Positions 41,176 to 58,264 of a DNA stretch of 64,000 nt are shown here, in pieces. The notes under the pieces are model-generated. The model did not search any database and was not told where the DNA came from. It was given only the letters and a program-made list of their open reading frames with translations. Origin of the DNA: Octopus vulgaris (lineage: Eukaryota). Both the position numbers and the translations under genes were made by a program. The stretch lies in contig OX597840.1 of NCBI GenBank assembly GCA_951406725.2, positions 26,970,001 to 27,034,000 on the forward strand, given 5' to 3'. The number at the start of each line of letters is the position of its first letter. The first letter of the stretch is position 1.

Positions 41176-41613
41176 GGAGAGAGAGAGAGAAAGAAAGAAT
41201 GAAAGAAAGAAAGAGAGAAAGACAGACAGAAAGACAGAAAGAAAGAAAGATAGAAAGATAGAAAGATAGAAAGATAGATAGATAGATACATACATACATA
41301 CATACATACATACATACCATACATACATATATACATGCATGCATACATAGAAAAAGAAAGAAAGAAAGAAAGAAAGAAAGCATGAATGAATGAAAGAAAG
41401 ATCTGATACTGTAAAATCCTTCTCGAGTTTCTCCCCCACCCCACCCCCACCCCCTCCGCTCCGTTCCTATTTGAACAGAATCCCATCAAGCAATTATCCG
41501 CTTCTGTTTGAAAACAGTTTATTTGCAGAATAACGGCCAGAGTAAAGTGCTTGTGACAGGCCATCATTAACAGCTGCGAGCGAAACATTAAATATTAAAT
41601 CCATTCGTCATAT

Positions 41614-41655
<42 letters not shown>

Positions 41656-41669
41656 GTGCGTGTTGCATC

Positions 41670-41729
<60 letters not shown>

Positions 41730-41732
41730 TAC

Positions 41733-41767
<35 letters not shown>

Positions 41768-41902
41768 AACATATATATATATATATGTATGTATGTATAA
41801 ATATATGTGTGTGTATATGTATATATATGCGTGTGTGTGTGTTTAAATATAATTGGACTCTATTCATACTGTACTCTACAATATTCATAATTGCATATTC
41901 CA

Positions 41903-41954
<52 letters not shown>

Positions 41955-41963
41955 AATATATAC

Positions 41964-41994
<31 letters not shown>

Positions 41995-42558
41995 GTTGTG
42001 TTGGGATTTGTATGTGTATTTGTGCATATATACATATATATATATATATATTTATATATGTACATATATGTAAGTGTGTATATATGTATGTATATGTATA
42101 TGTTCGTGTATAATATATATAAGCAAACATTACATACATATACAAATACATCTGATTATATATGTAAATAGATGTACATATACATACACCCATATAACTG
42201 ACGATGACGTTGATGATAATGATGATGATGATGTTGATGATGTTGATGATAATGATGACGATGACGACGGCGATGATTATTCCCCACAGCAATTTCGACC
42301 TTCAGTCATCCGTTTCTTTCATCAAATTAATAATCTTTCTCAAACGTTAGTGTACATCGTTGTTGAGTATACTTGAGACACACCTGTAATTAACGCAAAA
42401 TCGCAGGTAAAAATCAAATCATCGTGGAACATATTTGACAATAATGAACGTTTCTATCACGAGTATAATCTTTCCAGCCGGGCTCCTATACCCAAAGCTG
42501 TGGTTAATGAACTTGCTCAAGAGGCAGACGACTCTTTCCCATGATTTTATTTTAAGAT

Positions 42559-43320
<762 letters not shown>

Positions 43321-44113
43321 GAACACATAGTCTCACCGAAACTAGGAGTTGAAACCATTATCGCTAGACCATGGATACAACACCCTGATCACTGGACCGT
43401 ACGACTTCACCACACACATACACGTATACTTACTTCTACATATTTATCTATATATAGACATGCATCCACATACATACATACAAGTGTGAGTGTGTATTGG
43501 TTTATTTGTATGTATGTGTGTGAGTGTGAATGTTACAGATATTCTCTTCCTTCCAATCTCTGGACTCTGGCCTTATTGGTGGCCCACCACAAAGATTGTA
43601 ATCAATAATATCGACCTCGGTGCTTAGTTTCCTACTATTTTATCGATTTTTATCGATTTCTAGTCTCTATCTTCTCCATGTAATATAACTACATTCACAT
43701 TTGCGATAACTTATTGGAAGTTACGTTGACCCCTAATACTTTTCCACGCATTATATTTTATCGACCAATGAAGAAAAAATGCTAAAGGTGAACTCGCTAA
43801 GAATCGAACTTAAAACATAAAGCATTGCAACAAATATATCAAAGGAATTTTTATGCGACGTTCCACAGATTTAACCAAACCCCTATCCTTCATTCGGCTT
43901 TTTATGGTAGAGGTGGTTATGTGACTTTGACCACCGATCTTGCACCGATATATTTTCAACTTCTATTGCCTGTAACCATACTGCAAGTTTTTGTGGTTTT
44001 CTTCGCGCTGGTCAGCAATTTGGCAATATTCTCAGACCCGAGCAAGCTAAGCTGTTTTCTATGGCAGCATTTACTTGTCTCGTGGTAACTCTGTCACTAG
44101 GTTGGATGAGTTT

Positions 44114-44228
44114 AAGGCGGCGAGCTGGCAGAAGCGTTATTTATCGACCCCGAAAGGATGAAAGGCAAAGTTTACCTCGGCGGAATTTGAACTCAGAACA
44201 TAACGACAGACGAAATACCGCTAAGCAT
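44114..44228. mobile_element. SINE-B fragment with internal inversion
   Basis: Forward head 44114-44139 followed by reverse-complemented body 44140-44228. Confidence 0.8.
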
Positions 44229-44229
44229 A

Positions 44230-44625
44230 TATGTGTATGTGTGTGTGTTTTCTTTGACCCTCATTACCACCACCGTTTGACAACCGGTGATGGTGTATTT
44301 ACGTCTTCATAACTTAGCGGTTCGCATTAAGAGACCGATATAATAAGATCCAGGCTTTAAAAAATAGTACTTGGGTCGGTACATTTGACTAAACATATAT
44401 ATATATATATATATATGTGTGTATATATGTGTGTGTGTTTGTAGTGTATGTGTATACGTATATACGAAGGGCTTCTTTCAGTTGCCGTCTACCACGTTCA
44501 CTCACTTGGGTCGGCCCGTGGCTATAGTAGGAGATGCTTGCCCAAGGTGCCACGCAATGGGTCTGAACCCGGAACCATGTAGCTGGCAAGCAAGCTTCTT
44601 GCCATACAGCCACGCCAGGGCCTAA
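44230..44625. mobile_element. SINE-A tail (+) and SINE-A head (-) fragments
   Basis: gacaaccggtgatggtg...aacttagcggttcg; gggcttctttcagttgccgtctacc...cagccacgcc. Confidence 0.7.
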
Positions 44626-45339
44626 TCATTGATATTTTTTTACTTAAGATGGAAGAACGTTATTTAAAGGAGACAGGAGTGTTGTTTTTAGCTGGTCCCA
44701 CGACTACATAGCAATCACCGAAGCTGTTTGGTGATCGACTTAATCCGTTAGTTGATCCATCACCACCACGTCATCCTTGAGGATCCATTCAACTTCAACG
44801 ATTCAAACCAGGTTTGTAGTCTAAGGACAAGTTATACATAACGGTTTCGTTCTTCTTTTACAGCTAGCGGCTCTGGGTCTCAACAAAAATATTTAACAAA
44901 TGCGTAAATGCTGACCTTCCCCCCTGTGACGAAACGCGGAACAAAAATACTTTATGGGACTCTCACCATCATAAAGCAAGATTGTCTGTTAGTCTTTGAG
45001 AATTACAGAGTCTTTGAGAATGGCTTCTTCTGTTCATAAACCTGTCAAAATGGTAAACATGACAATTTGGGATCTTTAACCAAAACATGTCTGACTGTAT
45101 ATACAGATTTAAATGTCAATGGAATTTAATAACGAACACTGTAGAGATTGTCGCTTCTAAATTTACCGAAAATAAGAAATTTCAAAGACAGTATTTTCTT
45201 TCACGAGCCTGTCACGTGTCACTGAATCGGTGACGTAAATTCTAGAAGAAATGGTATATAAATATCATAATTGTATAAACATCAAAACTTCAACACAAGT
45301 ATGGCAAAGACGTGACATTGAATCGAGATCAAATTCGCT

Positions 45340-46992
<1,653 letters not shown>

Positions 46993-47149
46993 GTACGTTA
47001 CTCAGGCACGTTACATGAAGTGTAGGGCTTACACAGAAACCGAAAGAGGTAAAGGAAAAAATTAAATATGATAGAAATTATACGTAGCATAAACATCATT
47101 GATAACTCTGTGCTCCTGATAGAGAAGAACCTCCCTCCAGCAAATATGT

Positions 47150-48330
47150 ATTTAATATATTTCACCATGGAAAGCTTTCGACTGCTCAGAACCCCAAATG
47201 AACCGGGTTTCTTATCCATCATTTCTGTGATGTAACGCAGTAGGTAGAGATTGTCGAAGATAGTAAATGTTGGGGTTTGTACATTTTGGGGGATTGTACA
47301 GGGTTGCGCTTCTCTGAAGAATCCAGCCGACCACAAGCACCCACTTCTTTGCTAATACCTTAGTCAACATCTGTTTCTCCACACACAGCTGAGTTATGTA
47401 CCGGAAATTGGGTCTCGATTACGACCCAATAATGGGTGTCCTTTGCACTATCACCCCCGGCTCACAGAACGGAATTCCACCGTTTTGTTGGCATTGCGCT
47501 AAACGTCAGCCAATTTGTCACTAAATTAATCTGACATGCATTCAAAAGCTTATAGAGCAGACCACCCAAACTGGATGATTTATACCTCGTCTAAATGACA
47601 ATCGCAACCCGTGTCTCAACTGATTTAACTCCGTTTTCACAGAAAATTGTCGTGTTCCCTCGAAAATGTTAACAGGTTCTCGATGTATGCGGCGAGCTGG
47701 CAGAAACGTTAGCACGCCGGGCGAAATGCGTAGCCGTATTTCGTCTGCCGTTACGTTCTGAGTTCAAATTCCGCCGAGGTCGACTTTGCCTTTCATCCTT
47801 TCGGGGTCGATAAACGAAGTACCAGTTACGCACTGGGATCGATGTAATCGACTTAATCCGTTTGTCTGTCCTTGTTTGTCCCCTCTGTGTTTAGCCCCTT
47901 GTGGGTAGTAAAAAAAAAATAGATGTATGCCTTAAAGTCCGTTGCCTTCTCCAACATATCCCTTACTACTAACATTTAAGTAAATTATAGCTGTAAAGTT
48001 GTTTTATGTACTTGAAATTAATCAACACACGTCTCTCCTGGTCCCACTAAAACCAAATTGTGGCATTGCAGCCACATCGTGACTCCACCATTCATGCCAC
48101 ATTAGACGGCTTTCATTGGATCATATTTTAGCGCAGGTGGCTTAGATTTCACAACTCACTCTTCGTGTGTTGCGTTTTAAGCAACGCTTGAGAGTCGTAA
48201 GGCCGGAACGCGTTTCCTGATCACCGCTCCTTACTTATTCCCTAGCTGCTCCTTAAATCTACTTCTCTCTCATGCTTGTTCATCAATGAAGCTTTAATCG
48301 CCTTCTTTAGGATGTTTCACAAAGGCTATT
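47150..48330 (-). pseudogene. Highly decayed L1/Tx1-like reverse transcriptase fragment
   Basis: KSSSLGGLLYKL (compare KSPGxDGLPxEF), NFRYITQLCVEKQMLTKVLAKKW (compare NxRPITLLNxDYKILTKVLAxRL), EAQPCTIP...DNLYLLRYI; extent beyond about 47600 is uncertain. Confidence 0.65.
47689..47921 (+). mobile_element. SINE-B, full length, 9-bp TSD
   Basis: gatgtatgc at 47682-47690 and 47922-47930. Confidence 0.92.
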
Positions 48331-48525
48331 GACAATCAATCTTAAATAGAAATATATTACATAGAAATATATCAAAAACATATTTGAACTGGTCCCAGAA
48401 TATTCGTACGTTTGCACACCACACACACACACACACACACACACAAATATATACACTTGTTTATCATGTCAGTTGATGAAATAAGTCATCATCTATTATA
48501 TTGCCTGTTTATGCGTGTTTAAAAT

Positions 48526-48603
48526 TTTACCTGAGACAGGTGGATTTTTGTTATGTAATCTAAGAATGCATAAATAAAATGCTACCGAAACAGCTGTAGT
48601 AAA
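48526..48603 (+). ncRNA. Degenerate type-I hammerhead-like motif
   Basis: tttac-CTGAGAca-ggtggatttttgttatg...cataaataaaatgctacc-GAAAC-agct-GTA-gtaaa. Confidence 0.55.
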
Positions 48604-48650
48604 CTTTAAACCCTACTTTTGTTCTATCTCTCTATCCGTCAATCTATCAG

Positions 48651-48703
<53 letters not shown>

Positions 48704-48999
48704 GAAAGAATGTTCTTGAGAATGTATATGTATGTTGCAATCTTTTATGCCCAATATTTTAAGGAACTTGTTAAACTTTTTTATGCCCTTAACATGTCCT
48801 TGTTACCAAAGACTGTATACATGTAACGTAGCAATTTGTAACAGCCAATAATTAACGCAACCAAACTTCTACATGTTACTTTTGACAATCTTTTTCCAAA
48901 GAGTGAAACCGGTAAAGTAAATAAACATCTTTTAAAATGGCATTTTCAAACCTTCTTTCGTATTTAATTCCACTCGTGCGGTACCCTACAACTCCACTT

Positions 49000-49038
<39 letters not shown>

Positions 49039-49731
49039 TTTATCTACTTGTGTGTGTGTATGTGTATGTGTGTGTGTGTGTGCGTGCGTGCATGTCTCCA
49101 GAGAAAGAGAGAGTGGATTGGGTAGGTGAAACAAACAAGAGGCATAAAAATAATTGACTAAGAGTATCTTTCATTATTGTTAACTTTTTCTTGTTGCTTG
49201 ACTGCGGCCTTGCTGGTGCACCGCCAAATATTTTTTCAACCAGCTGTAAAATTACATAAGAAGAAGCCATCCATTGGCCCATGAATTTTCGTTTAATGCA
49301 CTTGCTGTATTTAATAAGCACAACGGTAAGTTTGCTCAGTGCAACGGGCGAAACTCTCAACATTCGAGTCCTTTCTGTCACTTAATCTATTATGAAAGTA
49401 TTACGAATCTATATGTATTTATACAGCTATACATGCCCTCGGTGGGAAGGAGTGAAAATTCTGATTCAAAAGCGTTAAACAACGATCAGAAAAGACGTAA
49501 ACATTCAATGGCGTAGGCTAGCAGTACTAAAAAAGGCGACAGATAGAATTAAAAAGGACTGTATATGAAACACGACACCCTAGAAATTAGAGCCAGCGAC
49601 ATACGATATCCCTGTGAAAGAATCGAGTGACTGAAATATATAATATAGTAATTCTACGGCACAGTCACATCGACGACCTCATGGATTAAGCGCTGGGTAG
49701 TTAATTATTATTAATTTCGATCGAATTAATC

Positions 49732-50058
49732 GCGTGGTAAGTAGCTTGCTAACCAACCATATGGTTCCGGGTTCAGTCCCACTGCGTGGCATCTTGGGCA
49801 ACTGTCTTCTGCTATAGCCCCGGGCCGACCAATGCCTTGTGAGTGGATTTGGTAAACGGAAACTGAAAGAAGCCTGTTGTATATATGTATATAGGCGCAG
49901 GAGTGGCTGTGTGGTAAGTAGCTTGCTAACCAACCACATGGTTCCGGGTTCAGTCCCACTGCGTGGCACCTTGGGCAACTGTCTTCTGCTATAGCCCCGG
50001 GCCGACCAATGCCTTGTGAGTGGATTTGGTAGACGGAAACTGAAAGAAGCCTGTCGTA

Positions 50059-50109
<51 letters not shown>

Positions 50110-50332
50110 ATGTTTGTGTGTCTGTGTTTGTCCCCCTAGCATTGCTTGACAACCGGTGTTAGTCTGTTTACGTCCCCGTCACTTAGCGGTTCGGCAAAAG
50201 AGACCGATAGAATAAGTACTGGGCTTACAAAGAATAAGTCCCAGGGTCGATTTGCTCGACTAAAGGCGGTGCTCCAGCATGGCCGCAGTCAAATGACTGA
50301 AACAAGTAAAAGAGTAAAGAGTAAAAGAGAGA
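49732..50332 (+). mobile_element. SINE-A with two tandem heads
   Basis: Head at 49732 (5' clipped) and at 49894, separated by short (TA)n; single tail. Confidence 0.92.
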
Positions 50333-50386
50333 GTATACAAAACCACGAATACAAAGGCTCGTTGGTATAATATGGGTAACGTGATA

Positions 50387-50752
50387 GCATCTTTGTGGGC
50401 GCTTGGATTGTTAGAAATAACAGCCAAACGAAATGACTCGCGCATTAGGAAAAAGTGCAGCTCGTTCGGTTTACAATACCTAAAGAATCGGTAGCGTCGT
50501 ACACATTCGTTTATATAGTCCGCGGTGGACAATGCCCCAAATCATCGGCAACACCGCAGACAGAAATTTGGAAAATTTATGGGACAGCATTTTTGTGGAC
50601 GCTAGAAGGAGATTGTTAGAAACAACGGCCAAATAAAATCAATCTTGTATTAGATAAATGAACACCACATTCGATAGTGTAGTCCGCGGTGGGCAATGAC
50701 AGAAATTTCCAGAGCATCGCAGACAGAACTTTAGAAGACGTATGGGACAACC
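50387..50752. repeat. Diverged direct duplication
   Basis: gattgttagaaa...ccaaa, tagtccgcggtgg and cgcagacagaa...tatgggaca each occur twice in the same order. Confidence 0.7.
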
Positions 50753-50756
50753 TCTT

Positions 50757-50969
50757 TGACTGCGGTCATGATGGAGCACCGCCTTTAGTCGAGCAAGCGG
50801 ACCCCAGGACTTATTCTTTGTAAGCCTAGTGCTTATTCTATCGGTCTTTCTTGCCGAACCGCTAAGTGACGGAAACACAAACACACCAGTAATGGTTGTC
50901 AAGCGATGTTGGTGGGACAAACAGACACACAAACATACACATACATATATATACATACAAATATATATA

Positions 50970-51019
<50 letters not shown>

Positions 51020-51282
51020 TAGATATATAGATATATAGATATATAGATATATAGATATATATATATATAATAATAAATATTAGGGAATAAATATTAGGGA
51101 GATATATATATATATATATCCGACGGACTTCTTTCAGTTTCCGTCTACCAAATCCACTCACAAGGCTTTGGTCGGCCAGAGGCTAAAGTAGTAGACACGT
51201 GCCCAAGGTGCCACGCAGTGGAACTGAACCCGGAACCGTGTGGTTGGTAAGTAAGCTACTTTACCACACATCCACTCCTGCC
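50757..51282 (-). mobile_element. SINE-A, near full length
   Basis: tgactgcggtcatgatggagcaccgcc ... accacacatccactcctg. Confidence 0.88.
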
Positions 51283-51577
51283 ACCTATGATGTATAGAGA
51301 CTTACTACAAATCTTTTAGAATGCAACTTTGATTTAGAAATCAATACATTTGAGTTGCATTGCAAAAACGGAGAAAACGAACAAAATGACGTAAATTTTT
51401 TTCTTCTTTTTTCTGTCTCGGCTACAAAAAAAATGAATCTGGAATTTGCTGCTGTTTTGATTATTAAGTGTGAGCTTGTTGCTGTCTGTTATTATTAATT
51501 TGGTGAGAGTTTGGCGCTGATTTTGTGCAGTGAGAATAATAGAACTCGGGTACAATTATTGGGAAGGTTAGATTTAT

Positions 51578-51705
51578 GGCGTGGCTGTGTGGTAAGAAGC
51601 TTGCTTCCCAACCACATGGTTCCGGGTTCAGTCCCACTGCGTGGCAACTTAGGCAAGTGTCTTCTACTATAGCGTCGGACCGACCAAACGCTTGTGAGTG
51701 AATTT
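51578..51705 (+). mobile_element. SINE-A head
   Basis: ggcgtggctgtgtggtaagaagcttgcttcccaacc. Confidence 0.85.
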
Positions 51706-51729
51706 GCTATATATATACATACATGTATG

Positions 51730-51767
<38 letters not shown>

Positions 51768-51876
51768 CATGCATGTATATATATATATATATATATTATA
51801 TACATATATATATATGTATGTATGCATGTATGTATGTGTATATATATGTGTATATATATATATTTATGCATGTATG

Positions 51877-51940
<64 letters not shown>

Positions 51941-52468
51941 CATACATACATACATACATACATACATACATACATACATACATACATACATACATACATA
52001 CAGACAGACATACATACATACATACATGCATACATACATGTATATCTTTTACTTGCTTCTGTCATTGGAAACCGGTCATGCCATAGCACCACCTTGAAGA
52101 TCTTTGTGGAATATATCAACCGCAGTACTTATTTTCAAATCTGGTACTTGTTCTATCGGTCGCATGTACCAAACCGCTTTGTTATGAAGACTTAAGCAAA
52201 CCAACATCGTTGTCAAACGGTGGAGAGGAACAAACGCGAGCAGAAAGCCACCCCCGCCAACATACATACAGATAATGTATGTATGTATGTAATATGCATG
52301 GGTGTATACATACACACACAGACACACACACAATATATATATATATATATATCTGTTATATATATATATATATATACAGATATCTATGTATATATGTGTA
52401 TGTATATATATATATACACATACAGATATCTATGTATGCATATATGTATATATGTATGTATATATTCG

Positions 52469-52511
<43 letters not shown>

Positions 52512-53168
52512 ATGATGTATATATATTTATACATATATATATATATAAATATGTACGATGTATATATATATATGTATTTATGTATATATCACACACACAT
52601 AGATACATATATACTTACATATAATGTATATATATATAGTATGTATGTATATATCACACACACATAGACACATATATACATACATATAATGTATACAATA
52701 ACCTGATGCCCTATCTAACCCCAAACGCGGCAACGTATAAACTCGATAAACACAGGAAAGCAATGTCGACATTGTTTTCTTTATTTTTAATCGATAAACA
52801 ACGATGCGGGTGCCTCACTATTAAAGTATATCCCCAGATAATACAGAAGATCATTCTTAAGGGTGTCATGATTCTAGATACCGAATGTCGTACCCCCAAA
52901 CATTGCCCTCTTCGCACAAAATGATTGTACAGAGGCAGCAATAAGAAAATTTACGTCAGGTACAGGAAGTGAAGTCAATATATATAATGTTACATGTATA
53001 GTTTTTTCAATGGCAATAGTCATACCAAAACGAAGTTATAGTTTAGGTGTCACGGTTACGGTTCAGATCAGGTCACTTCCTCCAAAATACAACGCAAACA
53101 ACTCATATCAAATATTCTTTTGGGATTGCTACTACCTACTACCTGCTATCAAGCCCTCACATGAATAA

Positions 53169-53199
<31 letters not shown>

Positions 53200-53425
53200 A
53201 AAAGGGAAAATGTCCCTTGAGTTTGAAAACTATGGGAATATTTTTTAAAACCTTTCATTTAATTTTTCCAGAATTTAATTGTTTTCCGTGCTTTACTATA
53301 ATTTGAAAAACTCGCAAAGACTGAAACTGGTACTAAAATGTTATTCATGATAAAATTACTTTAGCCTTTTCTATTATTTTCCTCATATATACATACATAC
53401 AAACATACATACATACATATATATA

Positions 53426-53606
53426 TATAAGCAAAATAAGCAACAAAGATGTCTAGAGGTAATGCAGTACGATCGTTTCATGCGACTCTGAAGATCGCTC
53501 TACATTTGAAGTTGATGTAATGTTTGCATTGTTCAATTAAATGGAGTCGCATGAAACGATCGTAGTGCATTACCTCTGGATATCCTTGTTGCTTATTTTG
53601 ATTATA
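53426..53606. mobile_element. Fold-back element next to (TA)n with hammerhead-like motif
   Basis: Arms 53426-53488 and 53544-53606; CTGAAGA at 53488 and GAAAC-gatc-GTA in the right arm. Confidence 0.65.
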
Positions 53607-53720
53607 ATCATCTCATTTTAAATTATATGGATAAAACCATACTAAATTCTGGTGCCATATTCATCTGAATCTCTCTCTCTCTATCTATATATATATATAT
53701 ATATGATATATGTGTACGTA

Positions 53721-53760
<40 letters not shown>

Positions 53761-53762
<2 letters not shown>

Positions 53763-53925
53763 TGCAGGAGTGGCTGTGTGGTAAGTAGCTTGCTAACCAA
53801 CCACACGGTTGCGGGTTCAGTCCCACTGCGTGGCATCTTGGGCAAGTGTCTTCTGCTATAGCCCCGGGCCGACCAATGCCTTGTGAGTGGATTTGGTAGA
53901 CGGAAACTGAAAGAAGCCTGTCGTA

Positions 53926-53971
<46 letters not shown>

Positions 53972-54346
53972 ATATAGGTGCAGGAGTGGCTGTGTGGTAA
54001 GTAGCTTGCTAACCAACCACACGGTTGCGGGTTCAGTCCCACTGCGTGGCATCTTGGGCAAGTGTCTTCTGCTATAGCCCCGGGCCGACCAATGCCTTGT
54101 GAGTGGATTTGGTAGACGGAAACTGAAAGAAGCCTGTCGTATATATGTATATATATATGTATGCGTGTGTTTGTGTGTCTGTGTTTGTCCCCCCTAGCAT
54201 TGCTTGACAACCGATGCTGGTGTGTTTAGGTCCCCGTCACTTAGCGGTTCGGCAAAAAGAGACCGATAGAATAAGTACTAAAAGGTGGTGCTCCAGCATG
54301 GCCGCAGTCAAATGACTGAAACAAGTAAAAGACTAAAGACTAAAGA
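53761..54346 (+). mobile_element. SINE-A with two identical tandem heads
   Basis: Heads at 53761 and 53977 share the variant cacggttgcggg; tail has an internal deletion. Confidence 0.92.
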
Positions 54347-54688
54347 CATATATACACATATATATATACACAGTATCTCACAGAAGTATATGTTCCCTGA
54401 AAAATTTCAGTAAAATTGTCGTTACTTTGATAAAATCGAATTAATCAAAGGAAATTTATACTGAATAAAATATATTATGCACACAAACATTATACAAATT
54501 TGGAACACAGAACAACAAACATATTCAATATTTTATCCACGTTTGTTTTTACTAAATTCCGACATTGCAGATAATTTCAGTTCTAATAAATTATTCCTCC
54601 TGGTATTCTTGCACCGATCATTATTATTGCATCCGCAGGAATTCTGATTTGTGAACGGAGATGATAATCTTTTTTCGTTGTGATAAAG

Positions 54689-54947
54689 ATGGCGCGAAAA
54701 GGAACAGAATTGTCTGAAGATTTGAAGAAAATTATTTTTAATTTGCACAAGAATAAGCGCAGGAGTGGCTGTGTGGAGAGTAGCTTGCTAACCAACCACA
54801 CGGTTCCGGGTTCAGTCCCACTGCGTGGCATCTTGGGCAAGTGTCTTCTGCTATAGCCCCGGGCCGACCAATGCCTTGTGAGTGGATTTGGTAGACGGAA
54901 ACTGAAAGAAGCCTGTCGTATGTATGTATATATATATATATATATAT

Positions 54948-54978
<31 letters not shown>

Positions 54979-55151
54979 TAGGTGCAGGAGTGGCTGTGTG
55001 GTAAGTAGCTTGCTAACCAACCACATGGTTCTGGGTTCAGTCCCACTGCGTTGCATCTTGGGCAAGTGTCTTCTGCTATAGCCCCGGGCCGACCAATGCC
55101 TTGTGAGTGGATTTGGTAGACGGAAACTGAAAGAAGCCTGTCGTATATATG

Positions 55152-55193
<42 letters not shown>

Positions 55194-55357
55194 GTGCAGG
55201 AGTGGCTGTGTGGTAAGTAGCTTGCTTACCAACCATATGGTTCCGGGTTCAGTCCCACTGCGTGGCATCTTGGGCAAGTGTCTTCTGCTATAGCCCCGGG
55301 CCGACTAATGCCTTGTGAGTGGATTTGGTAGACGGAAACTGAAAGAAGCCTGTCGTA

Positions 55358-55416
<59 letters not shown>

Positions 55417-56116
55417 TTGTGTGTCTGTGTTTGTCCCCCCAGCATTGCTTGACAACCGATGCTGGTGTGTTTACGTCCCCGTCACTTAGCGGTTCGGCGA
55501 AAAGAGACCGATAGAATAAGTACTGGGCTTACAAAGAATAAGTCCCGGGATCGATTTGGTCGACTAAAGGCGGTGCTCCAGCATGGCCGCAGTCAAATGA
55601 CTGAAACAAGTAAAAGAGTAAAGAGTAAGAGTAAGAATGGTTTAGGATACCAGTTAATTAGCAAACGAATAAATATTAGCATAAACACAGTTGCCAAAGT
55701 AATTCAAAAGTACAAAGCTACTGGACGGCTGAACAATAAATATCGCCCAGGTCGTCCTTCTGTTTTAACTGTGTGTGATATTCACAACATCCAACGTTGC
55801 GTGATGGACGATTGGCGTCGTACCGCTTCGTCTTTGGCCCAAGAATTGTCTTCTGTTAGTGTAACTGCCCAGATAGTTGCCAGAAGTGTCAACCATGTGG
55901 TCTTCATGTATGTATTCCTCGTAGGAAGCCTCTCTGCCAGGCATTAATCGTCTTTCTTTTACCGAAACCAATCTGAGTGAAGGGAAAGTGTTTGGGGATA
56001 AAATTCTTTTCTTTTTCCTGACGAGACTAAAATCACCTTAATTGGGTCAGATGGTATTAAACGATTATGGCGACAACCAGGTGAAGATAATAGCGACTAG
56101 GGCACCGTGCCTACCG
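54689..56116 (+). pseudogene. Tc1 transposase pseudogene interrupted by a SINE
   Basis: MARKGTELSEDLKKIIFNLHKN joins in frame to GLGYQLISKRINISINTVAKVIQKYKATGRLNNKYRPGRP (paired-like HTH and GRPR-like motif), then PRRKPL and PDETKITLIGSDGIKRLWRQPGE (first D of DDE), with frameshifts and stops. Confidence 0.88.
54755..55632 (+). mobile_element. SINE-A with three tandem heads, 6-bp TSD
   Basis: Heads at about 54756, 54981 and 55193; TSD aagaat at 54749-54754 and 55633-55638. Confidence 0.93.
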
Positions 56117-56139
56117 ATATGCATGTATATACATGAGTA

Positions 56140-56523
56140 GCGGAGGCGCAATGGCCCAGTGGTTAGGGCAGCGGACTCGCGGTCATAGGATCGCGGTTTC
56201 GATTCCCAGACCGGGCGTTGTGAGTGTTTATTGAGCGAAAACACCTAAAGCTCCACGAAGCACCGGCAGGGGATGGTGGTGATCCCTGCTGTACTCTTTC
56301 ACCACAACTTCCTCTCACTCTTACTTCCTGTTTCTGTTGTACCTGTATTTCAAAGGGCCGGCCTTGTCACTCTCTGTGTCACGCTGAATATCCCCGAGAA
56401 CTACGTTAAGGGTACACGTGTCTGTGGAGTGCTCAGCCACTTACACGTTAATTTCACGAGCAGGCTGTTCCGTTGATTCGGATCAACCGGAACCCTCATC
56501 GTCGTAACCGACGGAGTGCTTCC
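56140..56523 (+). mobile_element. SINE-C, full length, 12-bp TSD
   Basis: atatacatgagt at 56127-56138 and 56524-56535. Confidence 0.95.
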
Positions 56524-56531
56524 ATATACAT

Positions 56532-57106
<575 letters not shown>

Positions 57107-57331
57107 ATATATATGTGTGTGTCTGTATGTATGTATGCATTTATGTACATACATGTATGTATATATATATATACATACATATATATATGTATATATATAT
57201 ATATATGCGTGTGTGTGTGTGTACGTATTTATATATATATATATGTATGTATATATATATATATATACATATACATACATACATATATATATACACATAC
57301 ATACATATATATATATATACATACATACATA

Positions 57332-57418
<87 letters not shown>

Positions 57419-58019
57419 ATGTATTTATATAAATATATATATATATATATATATGAAATGCGGTTCTGCAACAAACAGGCCAAGAACACATTGGAACGCA
57501 TTGATTCAACATAAACGCCAGCAATAACAACAACAACAACAACATCAATAACAAAAGCAGCAAACCATAAGATTGAGGTTCTCACTTATTTCAAAGTATC
57601 GTTTATAGGAGACACGATGATACGTAAAGATTACGAGGCAGAAACAGTGCTCATCTCTAAGAATTCGAGGCGTAAACAACGTTGTCAGAGATTCCGGAGC
57701 GAGTATAATGTAAATATTGAAGTAACTTGTTAGCACGGGATTGAAATTACGGCTTTTGACAAAGAGGTATAGAAGACCCCAAATATACACAGAGTGTGCG
57801 GTATTGTAAACAAACATAAATACATACATGCATGCGTACATTTGTACCTACATACATACGTATACATATATACATATATTTCATGAATACATAAATGTAT
57901 TTATACGTATATAAATAGATAGATAGATAGATACATGCATACATACATATATGCATACATAACTGGACGGATGTATGGGTGGATGATACATTGATAGATA
58001 TGCCTACTTATATCTATGT

Positions 58020-58079
<60 letters not shown>

Positions 58080-58181
58080 ACAATAAAAATTATTTACCGA
58101 CAATTATATACAACCAACAATTATTTACCGGTAAATTTCGGTATGTAAATATGACTTTTAGCGTCAGGAACTTCGGTAGAG

Positions 58182-58264
<83 letters not shown>

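Larger units (their letters stand above)
54371..56116 (+). mobile_element. Tc1-family DNA transposon, 3'-truncated
   Basis: Left end cagtatctcacagaagt resembles Tc1 TIRs; transposase remnant downstream; no right TIR found. Confidence 0.8.

Noticed and set aside
52706-52941. Overlapping short ORFs in unique sequence
   Set aside because: No recognisable motif or splice support
54583-55277. Repeated-domain ORFs (YQIHSQG...[18 protein letters not shown])
   Set aside because: Antisense translation of tandem SINE-A heads
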